A DNA stretch of 63,222 bases, filler included, from Saprolegnia diclina VS20 (GCF_000281045.1; 8 parts of 3 records of this genome joined end to end with filler, not necessarily neighbours in it), one strand, 5' to 3'; positions 33,080 through 47,046 are shown, counted from the whole stretch's first letter. Numbers and translations: made by a program. Notes: generated by a model not told the origin, from the sequence alone.

Positions 33080-35726
33080 CTAGACAAGAGGCAAGCATTG
33101 CCGCAGCAGCTGCACGAGCTGCATGGCGGTCGGTCGATCGGCGGGGCTCGTCGAGAGACAGCGCGATGCGATCTCATGTACCCACTCTGGACTTGCTTCG
33201 TCCAAGGCGGGCGTGAGCTTGCCAGACGCTACGTTGGTCAGAATGAACTGCTGCGAGTAGGCGTGGCCCGTATTCGGGTTGACCAAGTTGCCGTAGGGCA
33301 CGCGGTGCGTCGACATTTCCGTCAAAATGACGCCTAAAAAGAAATGTTACCACCAACTAGACAACAAATATGTGTACCAAAGGCGTAGAGATCGATCAAT
33401 TCCGTGTACGGGTCGCCGTTGATGATCTCGGGCGCCATCCACTGGTACGTTCCGACGCCGTTGGTCAGCGTCGACTCGTCAATCTCGCGCGACGAGCCAA
33501 AGTCCGTTAATTTGGTGCCCTAAATTCACCCAACAATAAGATTGCCATTTCTGATTGCCATAAAATTGAGAAAATAGTGTACCTTGTTCGAGTCCAAAAG
33601 GACGTTGCGGGACTTGAGGTCGCGATGGATGATGCGGGGCTCAAACGTGTGCAAGTACACAAGCCCGAGCGCGATGCTAAGAAGACACTCGACCTTCTCG
33701 TGCCATGGGTAAATCTCGGCCGGCGTCTTGGTCAAGTAGCTCCGAAGGTCGCCGAGGTCCATAAACTCAACTACGCACTCGAGGTCCGAGAGCCGGCGCC
33801 AGCTCGCGCCCACAAGCTTGACGATATAGGGCGACTCCATCCTATATCAAGTGCATTCGACGCGCCATTTCACAAGAGAGGTAGGACGTACTTGGCGAGG
33901 AGAAGAATCTCGTCAATAAATTGCTGCGTGCTTGGTGCGGACTTGTCTTTGAGCCGCTTGATCGCGACGGCCTCACCGCCGTAGACACCGGCCCACACTT
34001 CACCGTACGCGCCGGCTGCCAATGGACGGGCACTCGAGACACTGAGCTCGCGAAGCTCGAGGCGCACCAGACGCAGCGTCGACAAGTCGACGTCCTCGTC
34101 GTCCACGGGCTGATACGACGTGTCGTTGGTTGGTGCCATGTTGGAGTTGGTTTTGGACTTGTCCGATCGGCGCTTGCGCCAGAAGAGACAACAGAAGAGC
34201 AGGCCGAGCACGGCAACGCCGCCAAGGACACCACCGACGATCGCACCGACAGCTAGCGAGTCGATAAGACCTTCACCAAGCTGTCTCTTGACGTACGGGT
34301 GGACGAAGCCGATACAGCGCTGGCGTCTGTTGGCAACGGTGTCGGAATTGTTGTTGGCGTCGTCGTCGGCAGCACTACCACGCCATGAGCGCTCGATATT
34401 GCGATAGAAGCGTATAGGCTACCAGAAGAAGGCAAAACGCAGGCCTGAATCGTGTTGCTGGTGCGACCCGCCCAGAGGTACTTGACCGACCCACCCTGGC
34501 GCGTGCACGCCGCAGCGTCGACCGTGGCGTCCGTGTCAAAGTTAAAGCCGTCATAAACGTTCGGGTTGCGGTCCCACGCCTTCAGCTTGTTGAGCGCGTT
34601 GTACGCGTCTTCGCTGAGCGTCACGTTGGTCAGTGGACACCCTGCGCAGTCGCTACACCAGCACGATAAGACATGTTGTCGCTTCTGGATGCTGTGTACA
34701 AGAATGTCATGTTGGTCGAGAATAAGACGTTCGAGATGGTCCGAAGCGGGTTACGCCCCAGCGAGCTACATTCGTACAATGAGGGGCAAGTCCGTAGCGA
34801 CACCACACCGTACAGGTACGTGACGCTCGAGAGGTCGAGGTTGGAGAGCGTGCTCACATTGTTGCCATACATGTTGCTATTGGTAGTTGTCAGCAGGCAA
34901 CCCACTGCAAGTATTTGTACACAAACGCCACGGTCGGCGGCAGCGCTGGCATCGTCGTCACATTGTTCCACTGGATCGACCTAATGGAATATCATGGAAA
35001 GTGACAAATAGCCCGTCAAGTGAGTCGTACAGCCGCTTGAGGTTAGGGGGCAACGGCGTGGGGAAGGTCCTGATTTCATTTTCGTCCAGAATCCTAGCCC
35101 CGCAAATCAGTGCCCGGACCAGCTTGATGAAGGCGACATACACGGAGAGAAGCGAAGCTGGCCACGTCCACAAAGGAGGCAACGCCGAGAGATGGGCGTC
35201 GCGGAAGTTGCTACAAACACCATTGGACGACGCTTCGATGCTGGCAACGTACACAAAATCGACTTTGGCGGGTAGCGACGTCTTGGCGCTTGCGAGATCG
35301 ATGCCCGCGACCGACGTGATGATTCTACAACCATGTACGAGCATCAGTACCGACTAGTGAGATGCCGAGGACGCGTACAGACTGGTCATGGCCGGCGGCG
35401 GCACAAAATGGGCCAAATTGATGGTCGCATCGGACTCGACGATCGACCTACGCAGGCGTGAGCATCGTCCCATAGGTTAACGGGAGCTCGCACAGTGTCG
35501 AGGGCTTGAAGCGCGAGAGGTCGCCGAGCGCAGCAATGTGGTGAAACTCGACCAGGTCGTTGGTGAGGTTGGCCGAGACGGGTGCCTGGACGCAGTTGGT
35601 GTTGACGTAGCAGACGCTGGCTGGCGCGCCGGCGCAGTTGGCGTCAGCGGCAAGGATGCTCGTGTTGGGCGTCGTCTTGACATCCGCGTACACGCAAGTC
35701 GCGGCCACCGAGTTGCGCCGCTGCAT
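33080..35726 (-). CDS. LRR receptor-like TKL kinase (multi-exon)
   Basis: N-cap CVYADV...ILAADANC; 7 LRR microexons; TM VGAIVGGVLGGVAVLGLLFCCLFW; GAYGEVW, VAIK, HRDLKSRN, DFG, APE. Start codon uncertain. Confidence 0.85.
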
Positions 35727-36579
35727 CGAAAGTGCAAACTGGCCTCGGTGATGGCCATCAGCAGGTGTGCAGGAACCGCCAATGCGACGCCGAGGATTTG
35801 TTGCAGCCAATCAGACGCCATTTTCACCCATCACGAACCAATCCGCGGCAAAGGCAACTCCAGCACCTGGTGACGCGCATGGGCGGGCGAAGCGAGACAC
35901 GGCGCCCGAACGGCAAAAAAGTTACTGCGCACGACCACGGACGCGGCAGATCTTAGTCTGCCGGTCGTCGTGTCGACGTCCGACAATTGCGTCATAACAA
36001 GGTACTAACTACCCTAGTTGTTGGCTAGCGACTGTTCTGAACGTGCCGTGGGCATGCTTGATCCTTGGCCAAGCGAGAAGCTCGCATGTTCTCGCCAGCA
36101 GGAAAACGAGGGGTAGGTGTTGAGCTGCGCTCTCTAGACTCGATACAAACAGCGTACCAAGTTGCACATGGGGGCCTCTGCTACAACAACTAAGCGTACA
36201 ACAACCCGAGCCAGGCTGTATCGGGAATACGCCGTCGTTGTAGCAAGATTCGAGGAGATCACTCGATGCTCGGCTGACAGAGAGCACCGAACAAAAGAAT
36301 CGTTCGGCGTCTACCATCGCTCCTCCATGAGTAGAGCGGCCCGTTCCATGTACCGTCTCTGCTCTGGACGGAGCTCGATTGCATAGAGTGCAGGCGCCAC
36401 GATGACGTCGTCTTCGCCATGGTCGAGTTGGCGAACGCGGGCGAGACAACGACCAGAAGACGATGTCTTGCGTCGCCATCAACACGACAAAAAGTGTCGT
36501 GCGCAAGCTCTAGAACATAAAATATATCTATACAAATCTATAACCTTTTAGTTCTGTTTCGAGTAAATGAGCTAGGGTA

Positions 36580-37719
36580 TCATGCCAACGCCATCGCTGT
36601 CGACGGCGACGTCTCGGCGATGAGCTGGTTGATGTACGCGGCGCAAAGCTCCGGGTAGCTCTGCTGGACAATGTGTCCACATTTCGGCACGACAACGACG
36701 TGCGCATGGGCGAGCTTCCCGTCGAGCCGCTCGATGCACGACACATCCAAGATCTGATCTTCTTGGCCCCAGAGCACGACGGTCGGCACTCGGATTTTAT
36801 GCAAGTTGTCTTCGAGAATGCGCTGATTCGCCATCATGTCCTCTAGCACCTTGTCGAAAATGGGCATGCGCTCGGCCTACGCATCCCACGGGACAGTAAG
36901 CACGCAGGTACAACGATGTCGTGACGTACGCGGTAGCTGGTCATGAGTCCGAGCATGATCTTGCGCATGCCCTTGGGCTTCTCCATGACGTAGCCAGGTG
37001 GGCGGTAGGCAATGTATTGCATGAGATCTTGGAACTCGTCAACTGTGCCGGCGCGCATGATGTTGACGCCCTCGTCTTCGTACTTGGCCAAGACGGGGCT
37101 GCGCCGGGGCATCGAGATGCCTACAATGGCGTCCAACAACCTGTGGACAATCCATTGTGTAGTACCTGCAGGACAAATAAGCGTGAGACTCTGGAGCTGG
37201 TCGGGGTACGTGGCCGCGTACAGGCCCGAGATGAGACCACCCATCGAGCAGCCCACAAGATGGATTGGCACGTCCTTGGGAATCGTCGCGTCCACAAACG
37301 CTTTCAGTCGCTCGACCTGGACCGCCGCACCGTACTCGGCGGCGTGTGACAAGGGCGCCGTCATACCATGGCCCGGGAGGTCGGGGATCAAGACACGCGA
37401 GGATGGCAGCGTCCGAGAAGCGACGCTGAGCCACGAGTCCTTCTCCGAGGAGAAGCCATGCACAAACAGCACAACGTGCTCGGGTGTCGAGACGGTGGCC
37501 TCTGAGGATCGCGGCCCGCGCTCGAGGAACGACCAGTGGTAGCCGCCAGCGTCGACGTGCTGCTTGACGTAGCCAAAACGCGATCGCATCGAGTTGAGGC
37601 TACATTGAGCTTTGGCATGAGTGAGCCCGATCGACCGGTATAGAAAGGACGTACAACACTTCGGCCGCGCAGCGGAAGACCTTGTTCGAGACCGAGCGCA
37701 CTGAGCAAGACGGCTCCAT
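36580..37719 (-). CDS. Alpha/beta hydrolase (ABHD6/monoacylglycerol lipase-like), with introns
   Basis: VHGFS oxyanion loop, DLPGHG, GCSMGG nucleophile elbow, WGQEDQIL acid, CGHIV His. Start inferred. Confidence 0.85.
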
Positions 37720-38597
37720 GGTTGTCGCTGATCGGTCGTTGGTGGGATGGTGCCAAAGGCAAACTGCGCTGCAGCGGCGTCTGTCAGGATATTGATTTGT
37801 CGGCTTGTGGTGGCACGTAATCTCTGGTTTAATTTCGGCATTGTGGATTTAATTTCGGCGTCAATGACAAAGGGCAATGTGGCGAAGCGCACGCTAGTAC
37901 CAGCGGTACAAGTATCGATGCCTCTCACTAGCGATGGCAATGACGATTATTTGTGTCGTCGTTTTGAAGGCCAGTGCACCGCGAGCTTGTGCGAGCGTGT
38001 GCTGTGCGATGGATTACAGATGGCACATGCCGCTTTTAAAAACACCAGCACTCTACATGACCAACATTCCGAAAAGAGTGCCTGGAACTCGACCTGCGAA
38101 GTCGCTTGACGCGTCGCAGGCACAACTGCCCTACAGCTCTCGCTGCATGTAAGTTAGTAGAGAGGCAGTGGCACGTATCGAGAAGAAACATCGGTAGAGC
38201 AATCGCGATTAATGACAGTACCCAATCCTGACACAGGCGATATAAGTCTCAGCGAGCCACCTTGCGCAGAAGGCGACTCGAGACCGCATGTACGCTTGAT
38301 TAAAAATACTATCATCTGGTTGAGCTCGAGCCTCGTCGTATCGTCATGGTCAGGTCGAGAATCGTCCGGGCACGAGAGACGAAGCGTCCTACGCCTCCAT
38401 CGCCGTCCTTTCTGACTCACGGCCTAAGGAGGATACCAAGAGTACTATCGTGATCGTTGCCAACGCCATGTATTGCGGAATTCGGTGTCGGCACTACCGA
38501 TAGCACGCGCACGCCGCAGCAAAGCTCGGGCTCCGAGATTTTCGGGGTACCAAGGAACAGGCACAATAGACCTCTAGCTCATAGAACGACTTTTCAT

Positions 38598-38667
38598 CTA
38601 TACACAGCCTACCCTACGAAGTTTGTCGAGACCTCTAGACAAACTTCGTAGGGTAGGCTGTGTATAG
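38598..38667. repeat. Perfect 30-bp inverted repeat with 10-nt loop
   Basis: CTATACACAGCCTACCCTACGAAGTTTGTC - GAGACCTCTA - exact reverse complement. Confidence 0.92.
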
Positions 38668-39405
38668 CTCATAGTAGATCGAGCTGGCACAATGGCACCC
38701 AGAATGGCACCTGGGCAAGGCCCTCTGTTCCTCGTGCATTTAGGCAAAGTCCTATTTGAGCGGACAAACGCTTGGAAAACAGCTGGCGAGAAGGGAGCTT
38801 TCGCCGTCGTCGTGTCGGACCATGGTGTCGGACTGTGTCGGACGTCACGCGCGCATCGAAGCCGCTCGGTGTCATTAGTGCATTACCTCACGTAGCTACC
38901 TCACGTATATCTGGCTCATTGCTGTACTGCCATCCGCTCTCAGTTTGCCGCCCTATTAACGACGCACGAAGCAGATTTGAAATTGCGGCTCCGACAACTC
39001 ATATCCTCGTTTCAGACGATCAAGACGCAGTCGGCGCCACGAGCAGTTGGCATCTGCAACGTACACAACTCATACCCGTCGTCGATCCTTGGGTGGGTTG
39101 CTTGGCGGTGCACTGGACTGTGGAACCGTCGCGTCGTCCTCAAGTTCACACGTTACGATGAGCTCGCGTCCGGCACCAAGCGTGGCACCGAGGTGGCCCT
39201 AGCCTACACATCTACTATAATAGACTACGCGCTAATCGTTGTTGTCGGTCGAGGTTGACTAAAAGCTCGTATGTCATGACCAACCGCCGTCGATGCCTGA
39301 TACGTGGGACGTCCTCGGCTACGTTGTTGAGGAGCCATCTCATCGGGCACCAATCACAGCGCGATGGCCAGTGCACGTGTTGCCATTTCCAAACCCTCGC
39401 TCAAC

Positions 39406-42045
39406 ATGCTGCGCGTGCTACTGGCAGGGGTGCTGGCGACGGTCGTCGTCGGCGACTGCCCGTACGCGGGCATCAAGGGCAATGTGCTCGTGGCCGACGC
39501 CACGTGCGGCAAGAACCTCACCATATGCGGCGTCAACTCGACGTGCGATGTCACAATCAACTCGATCAACGCTTCGATCCCAACGTACACGGGCTGGTCG
39601 GCCGTCGGCAACCTGGACCTGTACCCGCTCGAGACCCTGTACGGATCTTCTCTATCGATGCTTCACGTTGACTAACGCTGATTTAGCACCATCAAAAACT
39701 CGGCGTCCGTGACCATCCGCAAGATGTCGCTGCCGCTCAAGCTCCAGACGCTGTACGTCCTGGTGTATGTTTCTATGAGATCTTATCCGTTGGTCTAGCA
39801 TCTTTAAGAACGTGACGTCGGTCGATCTGACGTCGACGACCGATACCAAGTGGGACTCGCTCTCCGTCTTGTACGTCGAACGGAAAACATTGTCATGCAG
39901 AGTTATATGGGGATGGCGCAGGCAATTCCTCGAGTGCCCCGGCGTGAGCTTCTCGAACACGATGAAGTGGCCGTCCAAGCTCGACCTCGTGTACGACCGA
40001 GAGGCAAGGAGCGACAACTGAGGCTGCTGTAGGATTCTGCGCAATAATGCACTGAGCAACATCCCGCAGTTTCTACCGTCGACACTAACGGCGCTGTATG
40101 TCCTATCTTGTCCTGTATCGTGTCGCTGATGCCATAGCAGGGCCATTCAAGGCAATACGCTGGTCGACCTCACGTACCTGCCCAAGTCCAACCTCACGCT
40201 TTTGTATACATTTTACATATATTGTCCTATCGCTGATGGCAAACGATAGGAATCTGGACACCAATTATATCAAGAGCATCACCGATCACGACTGGCGCAG
40301 CTTGGACTTTCTGTTCGCTGCCAACTTCAAGTTGCGTGTTTCTCATTGTATAGTAGGCGTTTGTCTAACAACACGCGACTCGAAACCATTGCGAACGTCC
40401 AGCTCTCAACCAAGCTCACCTATTTGCACGACACTAATGTACACGCCACCATGCTTATAATGGTATGTACTAGTGATGTGGGCAACTGCTCGTCGCTCCA
40501 GAATTTTACCGTCGACGCGAGCACGTTCAGTGCGCTCAACGCGCTCAAGCCGTGGGCCGGCAACACGTCCGAGCTCACGGGCTTTGTGACCAACTACGCG
40601 ATTGCGACCGATGCAACCGCGTGCACGGGCAACGGTGGTACGATCCAGAGCCTCTGGAAGGACACGGCCAAGCTGCCCGTGTCGGTCTGCGTCACGACGG
40701 TCAAGGGTACGCACCGACGTCGCCGTAGCAATCATGTCATTTCATCTGTAGCTGCATCGACCACAGCGCCACCAACCACATCGTCGTCCAGTATGCTACA
40801 ACAATTCAAATCTGATAGACGACTTATATACCTGTAGACACGGGGCTCATTGTCGGTATCATCGTCGGCGTCGTCGTCATTGCTGCTGCAGTCGGCTTCT
40901 TCATCTACCGACGCCGCAAGCACGCAGCGCCCGAACCGAGCATCTACCACCGCTACGAGCCGCCGACGTTCTTCAACGACAACAACACGGCGGGGACGAA
41001 CGGCACAGGAGTTTACACCAACAAGTCCATCGGGACCAACGGCACGGGTGGACAAACCATTGGCACCGGCCCAACAAACGGCACCTCGGGCTCGCGTGGT
41101 GCGCTGCAGTACACGGACGCCGACGTCGTCTTGAACGTCAAGCCGCTCCTCCACCACCGACTCGAGCTCTCGGACCTCTACGTCACGTCCAACAAACCGC
41201 TGGCGTCCGGCGCATTCGGCGAAGTCTGGCTCGGCACGTACGGAGGCAAGCAAGTCGCGATCAAGCGCATGAAGAACCAAGAGGCGCGCATGGTCCAAAA
41301 GTTCATTGATGAAATCGTGCTCATGTCCCAGTACGATCCCTATATTCTCTACTGTCGATCGAGTGACTGACGACAATCTGTACATGTTAGGATGGACAGC
41401 GACTACATTGTCAAGTTTGTCGGCGCCAGCTGGACCCGCCCGATCGAGATCGAGTGCGTCGTCGAGTACATGGACCTCGGCGACCTTCGCAGTTACCTCG
41501 TGAACCAGTCGCCGGCGCAGTTCAGCTGGGACCAAAAGCTCAACTGCATCACCAGCATCGTCCGCGGTCTCGTCTACCTCCACACGTACAAGCCGCCGAT
41601 CATCCACCGCGACATGAAGTCCCGCAACGTCCTGTTGGACTCGGTCAAGGGCACCAAGCTCACCGACTTTGGCGCGTCCCGCGTCGCCGAAGAAGACGAT
41701 CTCATGACCAACGGCATTGGCACGTACCAGTGGATGGCGCCCGAAGTCATCTCGGGGACCAACTATGGCGCGCCGGCCGACATTTACTCGTTTGGTATCA
41801 TCTTGTCCGAGTTTGCGACGCACCAAGTACCGTACGCCGACAAGCGCCACCCAGAGACGGGCAAGGCCTTACCCCAGCACTACGTACTGAACCACGTCCG
41901 CGAAGGCAAGATGCACCCGACGTTCAACGGTCCGGGTGTGCCGTCGTGGGTCCAGGACATTGGTCTGCAGTGCTTGCAGCTGCACGAAGACGACCGTCCG
42001 ACCGCACTCATGCTCTCGGCGCTGCTCAGTCGCTGCAAACCGTAA
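39406..42045 (+). CDS. LRR receptor-like TKL kinase (multi-exon)
   Basis: Exons 39406-39638, 39687-39752, 39799-39870, 39922-39990, 40033-40095, 40141-40203, 40250-40312, 40357-40425, 40474-40706, 40752-40790, 40838-41330, 41391-42045 give an open frame: signal peptide, LRRs, TM, intact kinase. Confidence 0.9.
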
Positions 42046-42093
42046 ACCCTAACAATGTCGTTTCGGTTCATATCCTGGTCGCTGCAATCTTAT

Positions 42094-42997
42094 CTATTGA
42101 GCGTCTCGGAGCTCGCCGAACGTTTGGAAATGCTGAATCTGGTCCCGAAGCAGGCTGACAACGTTCGCTTGCTGCGTCGCGCGGGCCTCGCGCTCGGTCG
42201 CATACTGGTGCTCCAGCACTTTGAGGCGGTGCATCCAGTGGCTCTTGGCGTCGCGGAGCTCGACGTTGCTCGCTTGGAGCGTCCGCACCTTGTCGTCAAT
42301 CGCTTGCATGCCTTCTTCGGCCATGACAGTCTTGCGGATGCCAAACGACAAGCTAGGTGCAGTGTGACGATCGCGCCAACCGACTCCGTAGTGTACCTGG
42401 TGTTGTACAGCGCTTGGTACGCTTCGATCGTCATGCGAATCTCATCTCGGATCCGCAGCAAGAAAAGACCGCGCTCGGGACACGCCAGGGTCACTTGCCG
42501 AATGACCTCGTCTACTCGTCGTCTCAATGAGGCGAACGAAGCTACACTGTACCAAACGCTTGGGCGTGGAGCCGCTCTCGATTGGCGCAGATGCCTTGCT
42601 TCTTTGTCTGCTCTTGCACGAGCATCGTATCGAGTAGCTCCTAGTTTCGCATGCGACATTGTAACAGAGACAATGTGTACTACCTGCAAGGCGACAACGT
42701 CGGCACGGGTGCTTGGCACCATCGAGACGTGCTGCCGCCACGTACCACTAAACTCCTTCCACTCGCTACCCAAAACGACAACAGTGGACACGGAAATGAG
42801 GTCGAGGAAGGGTACCGAGGTGGCAGCATCGCGTGCATGATCTCGGGCGACAGCAGCGGCTCCGAGAGCGTCTGCTCGGTGGGTAGCGCGTAGGTAAAGT
42901 CGACGTGGGGGTTGGGCTCGAGAAGGACCGGGTCCTCGTACTGCACAAGTGAGAAGGGCGCGTGCGCAACGCCCGTGACCTCGGACTTCTCGGCCAT
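42094..42997 (-). CDS. DNALI1: Axonemal inner-arm dynein light intermediate chain p28-like protein (introns)
   Basis: MLPPR|EW, STRADVVALQ, DEVIRQVTLACPERGLFLLRIRDEIRMTIEAYQALY, SFGIRK and a C-terminal coiled coil match the p28 family; divergent copy. Confidence 0.85.
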
Positions 42998-43181
42998 GAC
43001 GCGTCGGAGGGTCGTCCGATCTGAGGCGCCCAATGCGAAACTGAAGGCAACCGCGCCAAGCGGTTTCAAAATCGTAGAAAGGACAAACCAAAAGCAGTGA
43101 CAATGGATAACTCACAACCCTCCAAATCCATTTTTCACGCATCATTAGCTCCTACTGGCGACGAGGTACAAAGGCCTCCAG

Positions 43182-45819
43182 TTACACCTTACAGCGACTG
43201 AGCAGCGCCGAGAGCATGAGTGCGGTCGGACGGTTGTCTTCGTGCAGCTGCAAGCACTGCAGACCAATGTCCTGGACCCACGACGGCACACCCGGACCGT
43301 CGAACGTCGGGTGCATCTTGCCTTCGCGAACGTGGTTCAGTACGTAGTGCTGGGGTAAGGCCTTGCCAGTCTCTGGGTGGCGCTTGTCGGCGTACGGTAC
43401 TTGGTGCGTCGCAAACTCGGACAAGATGATACCAAACGAGTAAACGTCGGCCGGCGCGCCATAGTTGGTCCCCGAGATGACTTCGGGCGCCATCCACTGG
43501 TACGTGCCAATGCCGTTGGTCATGAGATCGTCTTCTTCGGCGACGCGGGACGCGCCAAAGTCGGTGAGCTTGGTGCCCTTGACCGAGTCCAACAGGACGT
43601 TGCGGGACTTCATGTCGCGGTGGATGATCGGCGGCTTGTACGTGTGGAGGTAGACAAGGCCGCGGACGATGCTGATGATGCAGTTGAGCTTTTGGTCCCA
43701 GCTGAACTGCGCCGGCGACTGGTTCACGAGGTAACTGCGAAGGTCGCCGAGGTCCATGAACTCGACGACGCACTCGATCTCGATCGGGCGGGTCCAGCTG
43801 GCGCCGACAAACTTGACAATGTAGTCGCTGTCCATCCTACCATGTACACATTGTCGTCAGTCACTCGATCAACAGTAGAGAATATAGGGATCGTACTGGG
43901 ACATGAGCACGATTTCATCAATGAACTTTTGGACCATGCGCGCCTCTTGGTTCTTCATGCGCTTGATCGCGACTTGCTTGCCGCCGTATGTGCCGAGCCA
44001 GACTTCGCCGAATGCGCCGGACGCCAGCGGTTTGTTGGACGTGACGTAGAGGTCCGAGAGCTCGAGTCGGTGGTGGAGGAGCGGCTTGACGTTCAAGACG
44101 ACGTCGGCGTCCGTGTACTGCAGCGCACCACGCGAGCCCGAGGTGCCGTTCGTTGGACCGGTGCCAATGGTTGGTCCACCCGTGCCGTTGGTACCAATAG
44201 ACTTGAGGCCGCCGGTGCCGTTCGTATTGTTGCCAAAGCCCGGGTTGGTCTGCCGTCCGTACTCGAAATGGGCCGGTGGTGTCGACTGCTGCTTGCGGCG
44301 CTTGATGACGCAAAAGGCAACAACCGCCACCAGCGCAACGACCCCGACAGAGACGCCGACAATAAGACCTGTCTCTATATCACAGCAATAAGAAACAGTG
44401 TTTGGACGTGTCGCAACGTACGAGAGCCGCTGGAGGTACTGGACGGTGATTCCGTCGCGTTGCCTATACAAGTAACCATCATTAGCCTCTTGTCAGGTAC
44501 TTGTAAATGGCGCGTACCCGCAAGGACACAGACTGTCACGGGGTACTTGGCCGTGGCCTTCCAGAGGCTTTGGCTCTTGCCGCCGATCGCTGTGCAGGCC
44601 GACGCATCCGTGTTGATGGCTTGCGTAACGACAAAGCCCGTGTAGTCGTCGTCGTTGCCGCCCCACGGCTTGAGCGCACTCAGCGCATCGTACGTACTGG
44701 TGTCGATCGTGAGGTTGGTCAGTCGCGTGCAGTTGGCCACGTCACTACATCGCAATATGAGCGCGGAAAGAAGACAACAAGACCAACAAGTAGGTGAGCT
44801 TGGTCGAGAGCTTGACGCGTGCGATGGCTTCGAGCACCTCGTTCTGAGAGAGGCGCCTGTCGCGACTCATGAGGGTTGACGAGGTACAGTACAAACGTAC
44901 AAGAACGTCAACGCCGTCCAGTCAAAGTCCGTAATGCTCTTGAGAAAGTTGGAATCCAAATTCCTACTTCAAATCAACAACTTTTCACAAGGTGAATGAA
45001 AGCGTACAGGAGTGCGAGGGACTTTGGCAAGTAGACCAGATCGACGAGAAGGTTGCCCTGGATGCCCCTAGATCGTAGAGTATTCGCGTGAGATTATTGT
45101 TCGTTGTATAGACAATGTGTACAGCTGCGTGAGCGTAGTTGGAAGGTTGTTGGGAATATTGTTCATCGAGTTGTTCCTCAAAATGCTAGGTTCATAACAC
45201 CGTCAACACCACATACACAAGGCAGCAACGTACATGGTGTCGAGGCGGGCAGGCCATTTGATTGTGTTGGGGAACGTCACGGGGCAGCTCGTAAACTCCC
45301 TACATTTCATATTGGCATCCTTGCTCAGTCATTCCATCGAGGAGTACAGTGTATCAAGCGAGTCCCATTGCGTGTCGGACGACGAGACCAAGTCGATTTT
45401 GGAAATGTTGTGAAACGTCCTACAAAAGTCGGCGTCAGTTGCTCGTAAAATCGACAATAGCAAACAAGTAGGTGAGAGTCTTTGGCAGCGACATTTTGCG
45501 AATCGTCACGGCCTCCGAGTCCTTGACCGTCCTACCAATTCGAGTCAGATGACCATTTCAGCCAGTACTTTCAGACGCACAGCTCGTCCAGCGGGTACGA
45601 CTCCATGTTGCCGATGGCCGACCACCCCGTGTACGTCGGCAGTGTGTAGTTGACCGAGTGCGTAATGATGTCGCAGCTCGCGTTGACGCCACAGACTTTA
45701 TACTCCTTGCCGCAGGTCGCGTCGGCGGCGAGGATCGTGCCAGACATGCCTTCGTACGGGCAGGCCGCACGGACGACGCCGAGGCCAAGACCGAGCCACA
45801 ACCACGCACGCTCTTGCAT
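43182..45819 (-). CDS. LRR receptor-like TKL kinase (multi-exon); kinase near-identical to 39406-42045
   Basis: Signal peptide MQERAWLWLGLGLGVVRA, CPY N-cap, LRR microexons, TM GLIVGVSVGVVALVAVVAFCVI, intact kinase. Confidence 0.9.
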
Positions 45820-47046
45820 GGTTTTGGCGAATTTAAGAAATGGCTCTCTATGTACCCGACATACTGCACTAGCCAGCGACACAGCCGTTCGACCAACAAC
45901 CAAGTGGACACACGACAATCTTGGGGTGGCGTCTGCGTCGAAACCGGCTGCCGATGGCAAACGCATCGACATAGCTTTCGACATACGGTGTTGCCGCGGT
46001 CGTGGATCGTTGAGCAACGCCTTGGGCTATAGTAGAGGTCGATGGCACAAACATCTTACCGTTAGACTAGACAGTGTACCTTGCAGCACGCAGCAAGGCC
46101 GGAGGTACATGTAGACGCGCGCCACAATCGTTGTGCGCGGTCGAAACGACAACAGCCAATCAAATGCGGTACGCAGCGCAGACGGTGTCCGTTAACAACC
46201 AATCAAATGCTCCGGACATGTCCTGGCCGCGGTAAAACCGTCGAGGCGTTCATGATCCATGATAGCGTGAGGTATCGTGCTGGCGGACATGCTGCACGCT
46301 GCCCGTTGCCCTAGTGCGTCAAGCACTCGCATTCACACGGACAATGACAACTATACATCATCTACAACCTGTCGAGAACCGCTGGCGATGCAGAACCCAT
46401 CGCGGTGGTACATGTACCCGTACAGATGGTGCATCTTTGATCAAGGACGTCAACGGACATCGACGACATTAGCCCATGGCTCTCTTGGATAGTCTTGTTG
46501 CAGTGTCGTCTGCCCTGTGGGCGAAGGACGAAGGGGCTGGGACATAGCGTTGTTACGTTCAAGGCCGACCTGGGTTCTCAATGCCTGGGCACTGCTGCCT
46601 TCAGCTGCAGTACAGTAGTATAACATTGTCACAAGTTGATCCGACATGACGCGTCAAGCGTCGATGCCACCCACGTTCGCACAAGCTGAAACGAAATGCA
46701 GTTTGGGTGAACTCGTATCAAAACGTACGGGCGAGAAGCCAAAGTTGCTAGACACGCACTGCAGTTGCCGGCGTCTGAGTTGATGCGCGCGCCAACCTTG
46801 CACGACCGCCCAAAGCTCTATGAACGACAGTGTCTACGTTGGGCCCATCCAGGCGACTCCTTTCCAACGTCGACCTTATTGTCGCTCAGCGCTACACACC
46901 CCGTTCGCTATGCAGCACCTCCCTCCAAACGCGCGGCGCGGCGCTGTCGTCACAGAGTCGCCTGCAGCAGCACGTTGTGTGACACGCCTCGGCTCTGTGT
47001 TGCAGACACGTCTTCACATCCTCTTCGCACCAATTTGACAAGAGCA

